From a virus (taxonomy: Duplodnaviria; Heunggongvirae; Uroviricota; Caudoviricetes): a stretch of 16,653 bases of DNA. Made by a program: the position numbers and the translations under genes. The notes beneath the pieces were generated by a model. That model saw nothing but the letters and a program-made list of their open reading frames with translations, did no database searches and was not told where the DNA came from. The stretch lies in IMG/VR virus record IMGVR_UViG_2869947659_000004. One strand, written 5' to 3'. Shown in pieces: positions 7,822 through 16,330 of this stretch. The stretch's first letter is position 1, and every line of letters starts with the position of its first letter.

Positions 7822-7875
7822 CCTGTTTACCTCTTTCTCAGGGAGTTTAGTCTCCAGGATTCCCGGGGCGGTTCA

Positions 7876-8021
7876 GACTGACTGGCGCTGATTTTCTCAG
7901 CGGCCCTTTTATCAATCTGCCTGCACCAGAAATCGCGCACAGCCCTGTACCCACCCGAAAGAAGATACAGCACACAGACCGCCGTACAGAAGTACAGCAT
8001 CACCTGATGAATAAATGTCAT
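7876..8021 (-). pseudogene. Small membrane-protein ORF (about 60 codons before insertion) split by IS629 copy 2
   Basis: MTFIHQVMLYFCTAVCVLYLLSGGYRAVRDFWCRQIDKRAAEKISASQ| continues in frame across the removed IS (one GAC copy) as SAGSKPEEPVTP* at 6535..6571. Confidence 0.35.
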
Positions 8022-8160
8022 AATTTCTTACCGTTATGGTTGAAAATGAGAATTGTTTTCATTTAAAAAACCAATGTACGAAAGCATCTTTTCTTTACAT
8101 TCTCCATTGGGATTACCTCCGCCAGCTTCCATTCCTGCCGCTGGCGGCTTTTTTTAGCAA

Positions 8161-8659
8161 TTATGCGGCTGCTCCAGCTTTGTTTGCTTTAACTTCCACC
8201 GTATCAATAAGTACAGGGTAGGTTTCTGCACTACCTGTAATATCCGTAATGACAAACCTGTTGAGTCCATTAGCAGTATTGGCCCATTTCACCAGGTCAA
8301 ACGCCTGTCCATCCACACCATCAAGCACCGGAGTAACATTAATGCTGTTACTGCCCTTAAATTTAAATGCAAGCGTATGCCAGTCATGGTCGAATGCGCC
8401 AAACGTGCCAAGTTCTTTTTGTTGATTAACTGTATGATGGTATGCAACATTAATACTGGCTTTATCTGTCTGGACAAAGAAAGAACTCAGATGGCCTTCA
8501 CCACCCTCACCCGGCCATTCCGCTATTCGCCAGTACAAACCAAAGGCATACTTGTTTCTGGTTGTCTCAAGATTGACGTTTTCGGGGATTTTAAACCGGA
8601 CAGCAATTTCCCCGCCTTTTTCCAGTAAAAGTTTTGCCTTGTCTGCAGCAATATCACAG
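8161..8659 (-). pseudogene. nanS-p-like sialate O-acetylesterase, C-terminal segment (split by IS600)
   Basis: Frame continues exactly from 9924..11293 once IS600 and one copy of its target-site duplication are removed; the 174-aa track ORF starts inside IS600. Confidence 0.75.
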
Positions 8660-8723
8660 TGAGGTAGCCTGAGTTTAACGGACACTCCTTCCTGAAATAG
8701 AATGGCATCAGAAGGAGCTAATA

Positions 8724-9026
8724 ATGAGCAGAAAAAACCAACGTTACTCTAAAGAGTTCAAAGCCGAAGCTGTCAGAACGGTTCTTGAAAATCAACTTTC
8801 GATCAGTGAAGGCGCTTCCCGATTATCCCTTCCTGAAGGCACTTTAGGACAATGGGTTACCGCCGCCAGAAAAGGGCTCGGTACTCCTGGTTCCCGCACG
8901 GTGGCTGAACTGGAATCTGAAATTCTGCAACTGCGTAAGGCGTTAAATGAAGCTCGCCTTGAGCGAGATATATTAAAAAAAGCAACAGCGTATTTTGCAC
9001 AGGAGTCGCTGAAAAATACGCGTTAA
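8724..9026 (+). CDS. IS600 transposase OrfA
   Basis: MSRKNQRYSKEFKAEAVRTVLENQLSISEGASRLSL…; HTH plus leucine zipper typical of IS3-family OrfA. Confidence 0.9.
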   Translation: MSRKNQRYSKEFKAEAVRTVLENQLSISEGASRLSLPEGTLGQWVTAARKGLGTPGSRTVAELESEILQLRKALNEARLERDILKKATAYFAQESLKNTR

Positions 9027-9061
9027 TCGAACAATGGCGACAACAATTTCCCATTGAAGCG

Positions 9062-9880
9062 ATGTGTCAGGTATTTGGTGTATCCAGGAGCGGTTATTAC
9101 AACTGGGTACAGCATGAACCCTCAGACAGAAAACAAAGTGATGAGCGGCTAAAACTGGAGATTAAGGTGGCACATATCCGCACTCGCGAAACATATGGAA
9201 CCCGGCGGCTCCAGACGGAGCTGGCAGAGAATGGCATCATCGTTGGTCGTGACCGACTGGCACGTCTTCGTAAGGAGCTAAGGCTACGCTGTAAGCAGAA
9301 ACGTAAGTTCAGAGCGACTACGAACCCGAACCACAATCTGCCAGTTGCGCCAAATCTGCTGAACCAGACGTTCGCTCCTACAGCACCAAATCAGGTCTGG
9401 GTGGCGGACCTGACGTATGTTGCCACACAGGAGGGATGGTTGTACCTCGCTGGCATCAAAGATGTTTATACGTGCGAAATTGTCGGCTACGCCATGGGAG
9501 AGCGCATGACAAAAGAGCTGACAGGTAAAGCCCTGTTTATGGCGCTCAGGAGCCAGCGCCCACCTGCCGGGCTAATCCACCACTCTGATCGAGGTTCACA
9601 GTACTGCGCATACGATTACCGGGTCATACAGGAGCAGTCTGGTCTGAAAACATCAATGTCGCGTAAAGGTCACTGTTACGACAACGCTCCGATGGAAAGC
9701 TTCTGGGGAACGCTGAAAAATGAGAGCCTGAGCCACTATCGTTTTAATAACCGGGATGAAGCCATCTCAGTAATACGGGAATACATTGAGATTTTCTACA
9801 ATCGTCAGCGTCGTCACTCTCGTCTGGGGAATATCTCCCCGGCAGCCTTCAGGGAAAAATATCATCAGATGGCTGCTTAA
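9062..9880 (+). CDS. IS600 transposase OrfB (DDE)
   Basis: 272 aa with the IS3-family integrase core (…IHHSDRGSQY…, …CYDNAPMESFWG…). Confidence 0.9.
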   Translation: MCQVFGVSRSGYYNWVQHEPSDRKQSDERLKLEIKVAHIRTRETYGTRRLQTELAENGIIVGRDRLARLRKELRLRCKQKRKFRATTNPNHNLPVAPNLLNQTFAPTAPNQVWVADLTYVATQEGWLYLAGIKDVYTCEIVGYAMGERMTKELTGKALFMALRSQRPPAGLIHHSDRGSQYCAYDYRVIQEQSGLKTSMSRKGHCYDNAPMESFWGTLKNESLSHYRFNNRDEAISVIREYIEIFYNRQRRHSRLGNISPAAFREKYHQMAA

Positions 9881-9923
9881 AAAAAGAACAAATGGTAGTG
9901 TCCGCTATTGCCAGTACACCTCA

Positions 9924-11293
9924 CAGTACATTGACCAGGATTTCGCGCTGTTATTTTTCTCAATTCGCAGAGCTTTATTGCCGCTGTCATCAACCAGTGT
10001 GCGTCTGCCATACATACCGTCCCAGCCATAAGGTTTCAGCTGATTGTCTGTAGCTTTTTTGGCATCGTAAAAAATTACAGACTCTGAGGTGGTAACCGGC
10101 CTGTCTGGAACAACCACCCCGGCAGTACCATTAACAAACGCAGAAGACTTACCCGCGCAGCTCAGAATCGCCGTTGCCAGACGGTCGGAAATAATCCCAC
10201 GGCGAGCCCATGAACTGAAATGGCTCGCCCTGTCCTGTGACGTCCAGGTGGCTGAGCTGTCACGCCATTTCGAACCGTAATAACCGATACCCGGAATGTC
10301 CGGGTCTTCTTCCGGTTTGTTCGTCGGCACATTCACCCCGTTCTCATCGGTCATGAACGGTACGAAATGGATATTCTTTTCCGTTTTATTTTTATAGCTG
10401 CCGTACACCGTCTGGTACGTGGATTCGTTCTTCTGCTTCCAGAAATACGTCGTGTCCCCGCATATCCAGGGAACACCGCCAGCAGAGCCACCGACGCACT
10501 GGCCTGCCATATCCGCCAGGTCTGCACGGAATTTATCAACCAGCGCACCAAACTGTGCGGCATGATTTGCCGGCGTACCGCCAAAATCAAATTCCCCCTG
10601 CATCCACACCACGGCAAACAGCACATTTTTCGGGTTCTTCTCCAGTGCCGCTTTTGTTCGACCGATAAGGTCCTTATACAGCGGCTTGTCCACACCCCAG
10701 CGGGTTGAATTCTCCGAGGCACCACTCGCGTCACTGTATGTGCCATCAGCTCCGGTGGTGAACGCTGAACCACCACGACAGCACGGAACCAGCAGAATGC
10801 CCGCATTCGCCGGTATAAACGGCAGCAGTTTTTTGGCGATATGCAGCCCCTGCCCCACGGTTCCGTACTGCCCCTTTGACAGGTCCGCTTTCGGATGGTT
10901 AAGACGGCTCATGTCCTGCACATCATGCAGACAATGGTCCGCCGGAATGATGTCGTTATATTTGCATGCTGCACCGCCCGGTGTCACCGTACTGCGACGC
11001 GCCAGTTGCTTAATACGCGGGTCCGGACGGTCATATGTCCCCGGCAGCGGAAGGCCTTCACCATACGACATGCCGTTTGACTGCCCTGCCAGAACCACAA
11101 CAAAGTAATACTCCGGGTCGCTGGTGGCGCTGATTACTGCACCTTCTGCTGCAATCGCCTGCATCAGAGTATAAGGGGTTATGGCCACCGGACTACCAAA
11201 CGGCTGCCAGCCCTCTTTCAGTTTATGTGTCAGCTTTTCCGCAAGATCTGACGGCGACGCCGCCCTGACAACATCATAGTGTTTAAAAGCCAT
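9924..11293 (-). pseudogene. nanS-p-like sialate O-acetylesterase (prophage NanS-p / SASA-SGNH hydrolase), N-terminal 456 codons
   Basis: N-terminal prophage-type domain followed by the SGNH/SASA motif VVVLAGQSNGMSYGEG. Located between the tRNA cluster and the lysis cassette, as nanS-p is in Stx-type prophages. Interrupted by IS600 after codon 456. Confidence 0.75.
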
Positions 11294-11476
11294 GAATCCT
11301 CCCGGCCGGGATAATATTGTGAGTAAAATGAGGAGCGGGCTGAAGTCCGGAAGTTACAGGACAATGGCAGAAGAGAGACGACAGCCCGCAATTCGAAAAA
11401 GACCGCGCAGTTGCGCAGAGTGATTACTATGGGGTATTATTCGCCAGCTGAAATATTACTTCACGTTTTATTGTTT

Positions 11477-11512
11477 ATTCCTTGCCGCCCGCGTCTCCCA
11501 GCGCGGGCTTTT
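11477..11512 (+). terminator. Hairpin followed by a T7 run in the tRNA-to-nanS-p spacer
   Basis: GCCCGCG-TCTCCCA-GCGCGGGC followed by TTTTTTT on the plus strand; a second GC hairpin follows at about 11519..11545. Confidence 0.4.
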
Positions 11513-11737
11513 TTTGCCCACAAGAAAGCCCCTCCGGAGAGGGGCTGGAGAGTGGCGCTATGTGCCATTGCATGGTGCCGGGTGCCTCCCGGTGAATTCA
11601 GTACCAGCACCTGAATCCGCGATTATCCCATATACCTACTCGCTGATTGCCCCTCCGCACAGGGGGATTCACCATGCCAGTTTCTTTTAACAAACTCCCC
11701 GCAAACCAGACAACAGTCAACCGTCTGAATTGTGAGA

Positions 11738-11766
11738 CATTTAAAAAAAAAGCCCGCAAAAGCGAG
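11738..11766 (-). terminator. Rho-independent terminator downstream of the tRNA cluster
   Basis: On the minus strand: GCTCGC-TTTT-GCGGGC followed by T9. Confidence 0.55.
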
Positions 11767-11782
11767 CCAGGGAAAATAAGTG

Positions 11783-11859
11783 TGGCGCGTTGTACTGGAT
11801 TCGAACCAGTGACCGATTGCTTAGAAGGCAATTGCTCTGTCCGGCTGAGCTAACAACGC
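11783..11859 (-). tRNA. tRNA-Arg (anticodon UCU)
   Basis: Cloverleaf read by hand: acceptor GCGTTGT/ACAACGC, anticodon loop CTTCTAA, T-arm ACTGG-TTCGAAT-CCAGT, encoded CCA. Confidence 0.85.
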
Positions 11860-11872
11860 ATGATGCAGATAA

Positions 11873-11949
11873 TGGACCGCCATCGGGGACTTGAACCCCG
11901 CGCAGCCAGCTTCGAAGGCTGGCGCTCTTTCCTGATGAGCTAATGGCGG
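11873..11949 (-). tRNA. tRNA-Arg (anticodon UCG)
   Basis: Acceptor CCGCCAT/ATGGCGG, anticodon loop CTTCGAA, T-arm CGGGG-TTCAAGT-CCCCG, encoded CCA. Confidence 0.8.
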
Positions 11950-11956
11950 TATGTGA

Positions 11957-12032
11957 TGGTGGCCCTTGCTGGATTTGCACCAGCGACCTGGCGATTATGA
12001 GTCGCTCGCTCTCACCACTGAGCTAAAGGGCC
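11957..12032 (-). tRNA. tRNA with CAU anticodon (Ile2/Met type, ileZ-like)
   Basis: Acceptor GGCCCTT/AAGGGCC, anticodon loop CTCATAA, T-arm GCTGG-TGCAAAT-CCAGC, encoded CCA. First of three in the order CAU / Arg / Arg, as in the ileZ-argN-argO cluster of Stx-type phages. Confidence 0.8.
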
Positions 12033-12072
12033 GGGAGCCGCATAATAACGACGCGTAATTAATTCTTCAATA

Positions 12073-13104
12073 TCATCCGTTCTGGCTGACTAAATCCTGT
12101 ACTTCCCGAACCGTCTGCTCAAAACGTTCAGTCTCCAGCTCAACGCCAATTGCACGACGCCCGAGCGCCAGTGCCGCTTTCACTGTCGAACCCGACCCCA
12201 TGAAAAAATCTGCAATCAGGTCACCCGGACGACTGCTAGCGCTGATTATCTGCTGCAGCATTTCTGCCGGTTTTTCGCACGGATGTTTCCCGGGATAGAA
12301 CTGCACCGGTTTATGCGTCCACACATCGGTATACGGCACCTGCACCGTCACGCCAAAATACCGCCGCAGATGTTTATATTCACTCAGCAGCTCCGCATAC
12401 TGCCGGTTCAGTGAGGTATACGTATCCACCAGCTGGTGGTGGAGCTTTTCCAGTTCACCACGCCGATGCTTCTCTTCTGCCACCCGGGCAAACAGCGCCT
12501 GTAATTTCAGATAATCGCTTTCATTCGGCAACTGCCACTGACTGGCACTGAACCAGTGCGACACCATGTTTTTCTTTCCTGTGGCATCTGCAATCTGTTT
12601 TGCCGTTATCCCCAGGGCAGCTCGCGCATCACGAAAGTAAGAAATCAGCGGGGCCATCACATGCTGTTTCAGTGCACTGCCCTTCACCGCATACCCGGCA
12701 TCTTTCGGACGATACGGCCCCTGATAATGTTCCGCGAACAGAATGCGCTCTGTGGCGGGGAAATACGCCCGCAGGCTTTCCTTGTTGCATCCGTTCCAGC
12801 GTCCGGACGGCTTCGCCCAGATAATATGGTTCAGCACACTGAAGCGTTCACGCATCATGATTTCGATATCAGATGCCAGGCGATGACCACAGAACAGGTA
12901 AAGACTTCCGGCAGGTTTCAGCACCCGCCAGAACTGCGCCAGACACTGGTCCAGCCACTTCAGGTAATCATCGTCGCCCTTCCACTGGTTATCCCAGCCC
13001 TCAGGCTTCACTTTAAAGTACGGCGGGTCCGTGACTATCAGGTCAACAGAATTTTCGGGTAACGACCAGATAAATTCCAGGCAGTCGGCGGGTAATGACT
13101 CCAA
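12073..13104 (-). CDS. DNA methyltransferase, beta-class (N6-adenine or N4-cytosine; motif IV DPPY before motif I FxGSGST); 5' end abuts IS1
   Basis: …SVDLIVTDPPYF… near the N-terminus and …DFFMGSGSTV… near the C-terminus. The first 4 to 5 codons (MESLP) lie inside the IS1 terminal repeat, so the native start was probably lost. Confidence 0.85.
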   Translation of the reverse strand: MESLPADCLEFIWSLPENSVDLIVTDPPYFKVKPEGWDNQWKGDDDYLKWLDQCLAQFWRVLKPAGSLYLFCGHRLASDIEIMMRERFSVLNHIIWAKPSGRWNGCNKESLRAYFPATERILFAEHYQGPYRPKDAGYAVKGSALKQHVMAPLISYFRDARAALGITAKQIADATGKKNMVSHWFSASQWQLPNESDYLKLQALFARVAEEKHRRGELEKLHHQLVDTYTSLNRQYAELLSEYKHLRRYFGVTVQVPYTDVWTHKPVQFYPGKHPCEKPAEMLQQIISASSRPGDLIADFFMGSGSTVKAALALGRRAIGVELETERFEQTVREVQDLVSQNG

Positions 13105-13105
13105 C

Positions 13106-13501
13106 TTACTGATAGTGTTTTATGTTCAGATAATACCCGATGACCTTGTCATGCAGCTCCACCGATTTTGAGAACGACAGTGACTTCCGTCCCAGCCTTG
13201 CCAGATGTTGTCTCAGATTCAGATTATGTCGCTCAATGCGCTGAGTGTAACGCTTGCTGATAACGTGCAGCTTTCCCTTCAGGCGTGATTCATACAGCGG
13301 CCAGCCATCCGTCATCCATACCACGACCTCAAAGGCCGACAGCAGGCTCAGAAGACGCTCCAGTGTGGCCAGAGTGCGTTCACCGAAGACGTGCGCCACA
13401 ACCGTCCTCCGTATCCTGTCATACGCGTAAAACAGCCAGCGCTGACGTGATTTAGCACCGACGTAGCCCCACTGTTCGTCCATTTCAGCGCAGACAATCA
13501 C
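13106..13501 (-). CDS. insB: IS1 InsB
   Basis: [28 protein letters not shown]… is the characteristic InsB sequence. Confidence 0.95.
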   Translation of the reverse strand: MIVCAEMDEQWGYVGAKSRQRWLFYAYDRIRRTVVAHVFGERTLATLERLLSLLSAFEVVVWMTDGWPLYESRLKGKLHVISKRYTQRIERHNLNLRQHLARLGRKSLSFSKSVELHDKVIGYYLNIKHYQ

Positions 13502-13527
13502 ATCACTGCCCGGTTATATGCGCGAGG

Positions 13528-13803
13528 TTACCGACTGCGGCCTGAGTTTTTTAAGTGACGTAAAACCGTGTTGAGGCCAACGCCCATAATGCGTGCACTG
13601 GCGCGACATCCGACGCCATTCATGGCCATATCAATGATTTTCTGGTGCGTACCGGGCTGAGAGGCGGTGTAAGTGAACTGTAGTTGCCATGTTTTACGGC
13701 AATGAGAGCAGAGATAGCGCTGATGTCCGGCAGTGCTTTTGCCGTTACGCACCACGCCTTCAGTAGCGGAGCAGGAAGGACATCTGATGGAAATGGAAGC
13801 CAC
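13528..13803 (-). CDS. insA: IS1 InsA
   Basis: [43 protein letters not shown]… is the characteristic InsA sequence. Confidence 0.95.
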   Translation of the reverse strand: MASISIRCPSCSATEGVVRNGKSTAGHQRYLCSHCRKTWQLQFTYTASQPGTHQKIIDMAMNGVGCRASARIMGVGLNTVLRHLKNSGRSR

Positions 13804-13858
13804 GCAAGCACCTTAAAATCACCATCATACACTAAATCAGTAAGTTGGCAGCATTACC

Positions 13859-14106
13859 CGCTCGACGAGTGGAAACCAAAACGGTTCAGTCTCCCAATAA
13901 CAAACACTACCCTGGTGAAATACGGAAAACTAGGATACATCGTTCCAAGACCACAAAAAATTCGTGGGCGTTGGCTGATAGATCGCCGAGCAGTATTTGT
14001 TGGGCCTGGTGAAACGGGAATTGCGCCGGAAATTCATACTGGCGATGATGATGCACTGAAGGAGATTTTAACTCATGTCACCGAGGCCACGAAAAAACAG
14101 CACTGA
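13859..14106 (+). pseudogene. xis: Excisionase (lambda Xis-like), start codon removed by IS1
   Basis: …PLDEWKPKRFSLPITNTTLVKYGKLGYIVPRPQKIRGRWLIDRRAV… resembles lambda Xis (…LTLQEW…VRRWVRECRIFPPPVKDGREYLF…). No start codon exists after the IS1 end, and the 3' end overlaps int as in lambda. Confidence 0.6.
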
Positions 14107-14899
14107 CGTAGCCGGTCTTTACGAAAAGTTTGATCGCAGAACTGGCAGAGTTTACTACCAGTATAAAAATCCTGTGACTGGAAAATTTCACGGACTCGGA
14201 ACAGACAAAGGTAAGGCAGAAAAAATCGCTTCCACAGCCAATCAGCGAATAGCTGCAGCAGAAGCTGAATATTTCATGCGCAAAATTGATGAAAGTCCGT
14301 CAGCAACAAAACGTCGGGGTATCAGATTAAAGGCATGGGTTGATCGATATCTGAAAATACAGGACACGCGACTGAAAAATGGAGATATTGCAGCTACAAC
14401 TCACAAAGAAAAAACTCGAATGGCTGCATACCTGGTTTCCCGTCTGGGAAACCACCCATTGAAAGAACTGGAAGTAAGAGACTTTGCATTAATACTGGAT
14501 GAGTGGCTGGATAAAGACATGGTCAGCACAGCGAGAGTAAATCGTGGATTATGGGTTGATATTTATAAAGAAGCACAGCATGCAGGGGAAGTTCCTCCTG
14601 GATGGAATCCTCCGGAGGCTACCCGTAAACCGATCCCTAAAGTAACCAGAGCCAGGCTCACCATGGAAGACTGGCAAAAAATTTACAATGCAACGCCTGA
14701 AAAACACTTTATCCGTAACGCAATGCTTCTTGCGATTGTTACTGGTCAGCGCCGTGATGACATTTGCCACATGCGTTTTTCAGATGTGTGGAACGAACAC
14801 TTGCATATCACCCAGGGAAAAACCGGAATGCGTCTGGCGTTACCGCTTACACTACGCTGTGATGCCATTGGGATAACGTTAAAAGAAGTTATTGATGGG
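14075..14899 (+). pseudogene. int: Phage integrase (tyrosine recombinase, lambda Int family), 3'-truncated by IS600
   Basis: N-terminal arm-binding and core-binding regions are present, but the ORF runs straight into the IS600 left end at 14900, so the C-terminal catalytic region including the Tyr is missing from this window. Confidence 0.85.
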
Positions 14900-15413
14900 T
14901 GAGGTAGCCTGAGTTTAACGGACACTCCTTCCTGAAATAGAATGGCATCAGAAGGAGCTAATAATGAGCAGAAAAAACCAACGTTACTCTAAAGAGTTCA
15001 AAGCCGAAGCTGTCAGAACGGTTCTTGAAAATCAACTTTCGATCAGTGAAGGCGCTTCCCGATTATCCCTTCCTGAAGGCACTTTAGGACAATGGGTTAC
15101 CGCCGCCAGAAAAGGGCTCGGTACTCCTGGTTCCCGCACGGTGGCTGAACTGGAATCTGAAATTCTGCAACTGCGTAAGGCGTTAAATGAAGCTCGCCTT
15201 GAGCGAGATATATTAAAAAAAGCAACAGCGTATTTTGCACAGGAGTCGCTGAAAAATACGCGTTAATCGAACAATGGCGACAACAATTTCCCATTGAAGC
15301 GATGTGTCAGGTATTTGGTGTATCCAGGAGCGGTTATTACAACTGGGTACAGCATGAACCCTCAGACAGAAAACAAAGTGATGAGCGGCTAAAACTGGAG
15401 ATTAAGGTGGCAC
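14900..15413 (+). mobile_element. IS600, second copy, left 514 bp only; interrupted by IS2
   Basis: Identical to 8660..9173 of the complete copy; identity stops at 15413 where the IS2 terminal repeat begins. Confidence 0.9.
14964..15266 (+). CDS. IS600 transposase OrfA (copy 2)
   Basis: Identical 100-aa translation to 8724..9026. Confidence 0.9.
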   Translation: MSRKNQRYSKEFKAEAVRTVLENQLSISEGASRLSLPEGTLGQWVTAARKGLGTPGSRTVAELESEILQLRKALNEARLERDILKKATAYFAQESLKNTR

Positions 15414-15424
15414 TGGATTTGCCC

Positions 15425-16330
15425 CTATATTTCCAGACATCTGTTATCACTTAACCCATTACAAGCCCGCTGCCGCAGATATTCCCGTGGCGAGCGATAA
15501 CCCAGCGCACTATGCGGATGCCATTCGTTATAATGTTCGAACGCCTCTGCAAGGTTCTTTGCTGCCGTTAACCCGTCTGGTTTGGGCATGATACTGATGT
15601 AGTCACGCTTTATCGTTTTCACGAAGCTCTCTGCTATTCCGTTACTCTCCGGACTCCGCACCGCCGTGTTCTTCGGTTCAAGTCCCAACATCCGGGCGAA
15701 CTGGCGTGTTTCATTAGCCCGGTAGCATGAACCATTATCCGTCAGCCACTCCACTGGAGACGACGGAAGATCGTTGCCGAAGCGGCGTTCCACCGCTCCC
15801 AGCATGACGTCCTGTACTGTTTCACTGTTGAAGCCGCCGGTAGTCACCGCCCAGTGCAGTGCCTCACGATCACAGCAGTCCAGCGCGAACGTGACACGCA
15901 GTCTCTCTCCGTTATCACAGCAGAACTCGAACCCGTCAGAGCACCATCGCTGATTGCTTTCTTTCACGGCCACTCTGCCTGTATGTGCCCGTTTCGATGG
16001 CGGTACAGCAGGTTTTCGCTCAAGCAACAGCGCATTCTGGCGCATGATCCGGTAAACACGTTTGGCATTGATCGCAGGCATACCATCAAGTTCTGCCTGT
16101 CTGCGAAGCAGCGCCCATACCCGACGATAACCATACGTGGGCAGCTCTCCGATAACATGGTGTATACGGAGAAGCACATCCGTATCATCAGTGTGACGAC
16201 TGCGGCGGCCATCCATCCAGTCATCGGTTCGTCTGAGAATGACGTGCAACTGCGCACGCGACACCCGGAGACAACGGCTGACTAAGCTTACTCCCCATCC
16301 CCGGGCAATAAGGGCGCGTGCGCTATCCAC
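15425..16330 (-). CDS. insD: IS2 transposase InsD (OrfB)
   Basis: [43 protein letters not shown]…, 301 aa. Confidence 0.95.

Larger units (their letters stand above)
6575..7875 (-). mobile_element. IS3-family insertion sequence (IS629/IS1203-like), copy 2, complete (about 1.3 kb)
   Basis: Terminal repeats TGAACCGCCCCGG… (left, 7875) and TGAACCGCCCCGAG… (right, 6575); orfA and orfB overlap; flanked by a 3-bp direct repeat GAC (6572..6574 and 7876..7878). Confidence 0.9.
8660..9923 (+). mobile_element. IS600 (IS3 family), complete 1264-bp copy
   Basis: Ends TGAGGTAGCCTGAGTTTAACGGACAC… / …GTACACCTCA; orfA plus orfB; perfect 3-bp target-site duplication CAG (8657..8659 and 9924..9926). Confidence 0.9.
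13091..13858 (-). mobile_element. IS1 (768 bp)
   Basis: Terminal repeats GGTAATGACTCCAACTTA… and GGTAATGCTGCCAACTTACTGAT…; insA and insB; no 8 to 9 bp target duplication at the flanks. Confidence 0.95.

Noticed and set aside
10351-11108. Several 60 to 150 aa ORFs on both strands within the nanS-p region
   Set aside because: They overlap the long, motif-bearing esterase frame and have Arg/Cys-rich low-complexity translations typical of out-of-frame reads.
11294-11782. Possible Shiga-toxin genes between the tRNA cluster and nanS-p
   Set aside because: The interval is about 490 bp with no ORF resembling StxA or StxB; too short to hold the operon.
12556-13062. 168-aa and 74-aa plus-strand ORFs inside the methyltransferase gene
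   Set aside because: Antisense to an ORF with clear DPPY and FxGSGST motifs; no independent support.
13684-13858. N-terminal 58 codons of the track ORF 13684..14106
   Set aside because: This portion lies inside IS1, antisense to insA; only the part after 13858 is native xis sequence.
8724-15266. Two identical 100-aa ORFs (8724..9026 and 14964..15266) as a possible gene duplication or repeat array
   Set aside because: They are the orfA genes of two IS600 copies; no CRISPR-like short repeat and spacer structure exists anywhere in the window.
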